Shown here in pieces: positions 61,866 through 64,000 of a stretch of DNA of 64,000 nt. The stretch is from Squalus acanthias. Taxonomy: Eukaryota. Under the pieces are notes generated by a model. That model searched no databases. It was not told where the DNA came from and worked only from the letters and a program-made list of their open reading frames with translations. The stretch spans positions 162,318,001-162,382,000 of the forward strand of contig CM059425.1 in the NCBI GenBank assembly GCA_030390025.1. The letters are read 5' to 3'. Position 1 is the first letter of the stretch. Each line of letters begins with the position of its first letter. Position numbers and translations under genes: made by a program.

Positions 61866-63477
61866 AGAGTTGAAATTTGACTTGTGCCGAAAACGGGCAC
61901 AAATTCAGTCGACGCTCAATGGTGTGAGCCAGTTGAGCTCGAGGTAAATTCAGCTTAAGGCCTCATTTAAATGTTGCCGGCGAGCTGCAGAAAACGGCTG
62001 TAGTTCACTGGTCAGGAATGGCAGAAAATCAACCAGCTCTCACATGGAGCTGGATAGTAGGTTGGGAGGGAAGGGGGCTCAAACAGGCTGGTAGTGGGCC
62101 AGAGTTTTTTTTTGTGGGCCTACAAATTAAAACTGAAAAATTTGAGTGGCCACCAGGTGATTATGCCGCTCAAGACCTGGTACAACTAGGCAGAGCAAGC
62201 AAGCTCATTTGTACCTGAAGTTCACATTCGTGTTCCTACAGCTGCCGTAGATTCCTTATTTACATATTTTAAAAGCCGTGGCCTAGAAATTGGAGGCGTT
62301 AGCGTAGCCATTAAGGCCTGTTTTGGTTAAAAAAAAGGCGGCCGCTTCACTTCCGGCGAGTCACGCGGAGGCGATCATTTTCGGCAGGTTGGCAGTGCCA
62401 CCATTGCCTGCACTCACTGCAAGTATTTTAATTACCAGCAGCGTGACATCAATCGGCGTGCAATGGCGATTTGATGCACGTTCATCCATTATGGAGCTCG
62501 CCGCTCCTTTTACTGCCCTCTCCAAAGCACGCCCATGCATGCAGTCGTTGACAGCGCGGAGAGGCGGGAGAAAGCAGCGGTGAGCTAGAACCCATACAAT
62601 AAAGAGCTGCTGGGATAACTGTTAACTATGGAAAGCTATTGGGAGTGAAAACTGCTTCCAATGAGATGCATCAAATCTCCCCCCTGGTCAGTCAAACAGT
62701 ATAGGAGGTAAACTGTACTGTACTACAGTTGTAATAATCTCAGGAAAAATCAAATTTGCATTTCCTTACATTTTATACATTGGGGTTTTCTAGTTTAAGA
62801 ACTGATAAAATGATATGCAAAGTTTGGAAGTCTGCTTTGAAAAGGCTTGACATCTCCCCCTCCAGCACCATGATGGACCACAAACTGTGGAGCTATGGCA
62901 GCCAGCGAAAGGTGGGAGTACCAGGCAGTCTGGCACCCATTTGTGGACCCCACACAAAACCCAGACAAATGTCCGTGAAAGTAAGAGTGGAGCCGTGGAC
63001 AAACAAATGCCTCGTGATGTGCCACAATGCACAATGCTCCAACCCTACAAGAGCCATCAGTGGACTCGATAGCAAAACCCAGGAGCCGTCACCAAATGAT
63101 CTGATACAGCACATTGCCTGAGAACGCCGCACTGAGCCTTCAGACGCGACTTTCGGCCTCATGCTGAGGTTAGCACCGGAAAGGGCACGTTGTACAACAG
63201 ATTCTCTGCTCCACACATGTAAATTAGCAGGCAGCACCAAAATAACTGCTCTTTCTGCGGGCGGCCGTTAGCTTTGGTTGCGCTGTTACTGGCAGGTTTC
63301 CGGCCTACTCGAATTTCTAGGCATACACCCAGGACGACTAAAAGTCAGCTGAGTCAAAATGGCATCTGACGCACTTCCAGTCCAGATCGGGTGCAACAGA
63401 TTGTGATGCAAAATATGAAGGCCTAACACCCATTGTGCGGGCGCAAAACGGGCAGCAGTAAGTTCAATTTCTTCCCC
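61866..63477. mobile_element. Older TIR element hosting a nested TIR element
   Basis: Degenerate ends GAGTTGAAATTTGACTT / AAGTTCAATTTCTTCCCC; shared subterminal AAAACGGGCA motif. Confidence 0.5.
62280..63323. mobile_element. ~1-kb non-autonomous Harbinger-type TIR element
   Basis: TIRs GCCTAGAAATT / AATTTCTAGGC; GC-rich subtermini. Confidence 0.75.
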
Positions 63478-63759
63478 AAACTGTGTCGCATAATGTACAT
63501 GAATTCACCTTAATCAAGTTTCAGCAATTGGTACTTTGGCTTCATGATAGCTACAATATAACTACTACCAATGTGAGGTTCCCAGAAGGTCGACTGCCCC
63601 ACTCTCTTTGTTAACATTAAAATTTTGCCATTATTTAAGTGTAACTTTGCGATTGGATACAAGCACACAAAGGCACATATCTATTTTGTCTAGTCAGAGT
63701 GGTTTAGATTGAGCAACATAACTCTAGTCTTCCAGACTGCATTTGTTCTAGCTTTACAA

Positions 63760-64000
63760 CCTTCTGGACTGGACATTGAGTTCCACAATTTCAGATCATA
63801 ACCACAGCTGCCATTTTTTCCCAGACAGTAGGTGCTGGTAATGGTTCTGCTGTTGCCAATTATAGCTCCTCTAGACCCAGCTTCTGTTTCTTTACTTGTT
63901 CCATTACCACCCCTATTTGCCTTGCAAAATCGCCCCTTTTGTCATTTAATCTCACGTGCCCTCCAACCTAACACAGACCTTCCCTTTTGTTCTTTCCTCC
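63760..64000 (+). mobile_element. Penelope-like 3' fragment (runs off the window)
   Basis: LQPSGLDIEFHNFRS* and a UTR similar to 43800-44040. Confidence 0.8.

Overview
Eukaryotic vertebrate DNA, most likely a shark or other cartilaginous fish, judging from its CR1, L2, Penelope, DeuSINE and HE1/HER1-like repeats. Two host genes converge tail-to-tail: the last coding exon of SLF1/ANKRD32 (+, 5351-5832) and the last two coding exons of MCTP1 (-, 60545-60642 and 54849-54923). The ~48 kb between them and the introns are mostly nested transposable elements. These include two near full-length but disrupted CR1 LINEs, many truncated CR1/L2 copies, an RTE 3' end, a solo LTR, SINEs and about a dozen GG...CC terminal-inverted-repeat (TIR) elements of the PIF/Harbinger type. 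Two ~1.75 kb TIR elements retain Myb/SANT and transposase remnants. Penelope-like fragments carry minimal hammerhead-ribozyme motifs, and some of these occur as 100-360 bp inserts flanked by target-site duplications (TSDs). No intact autonomous element was found. Family names come from motif recall, not database searches, and the edges of decayed repeats are approximate.
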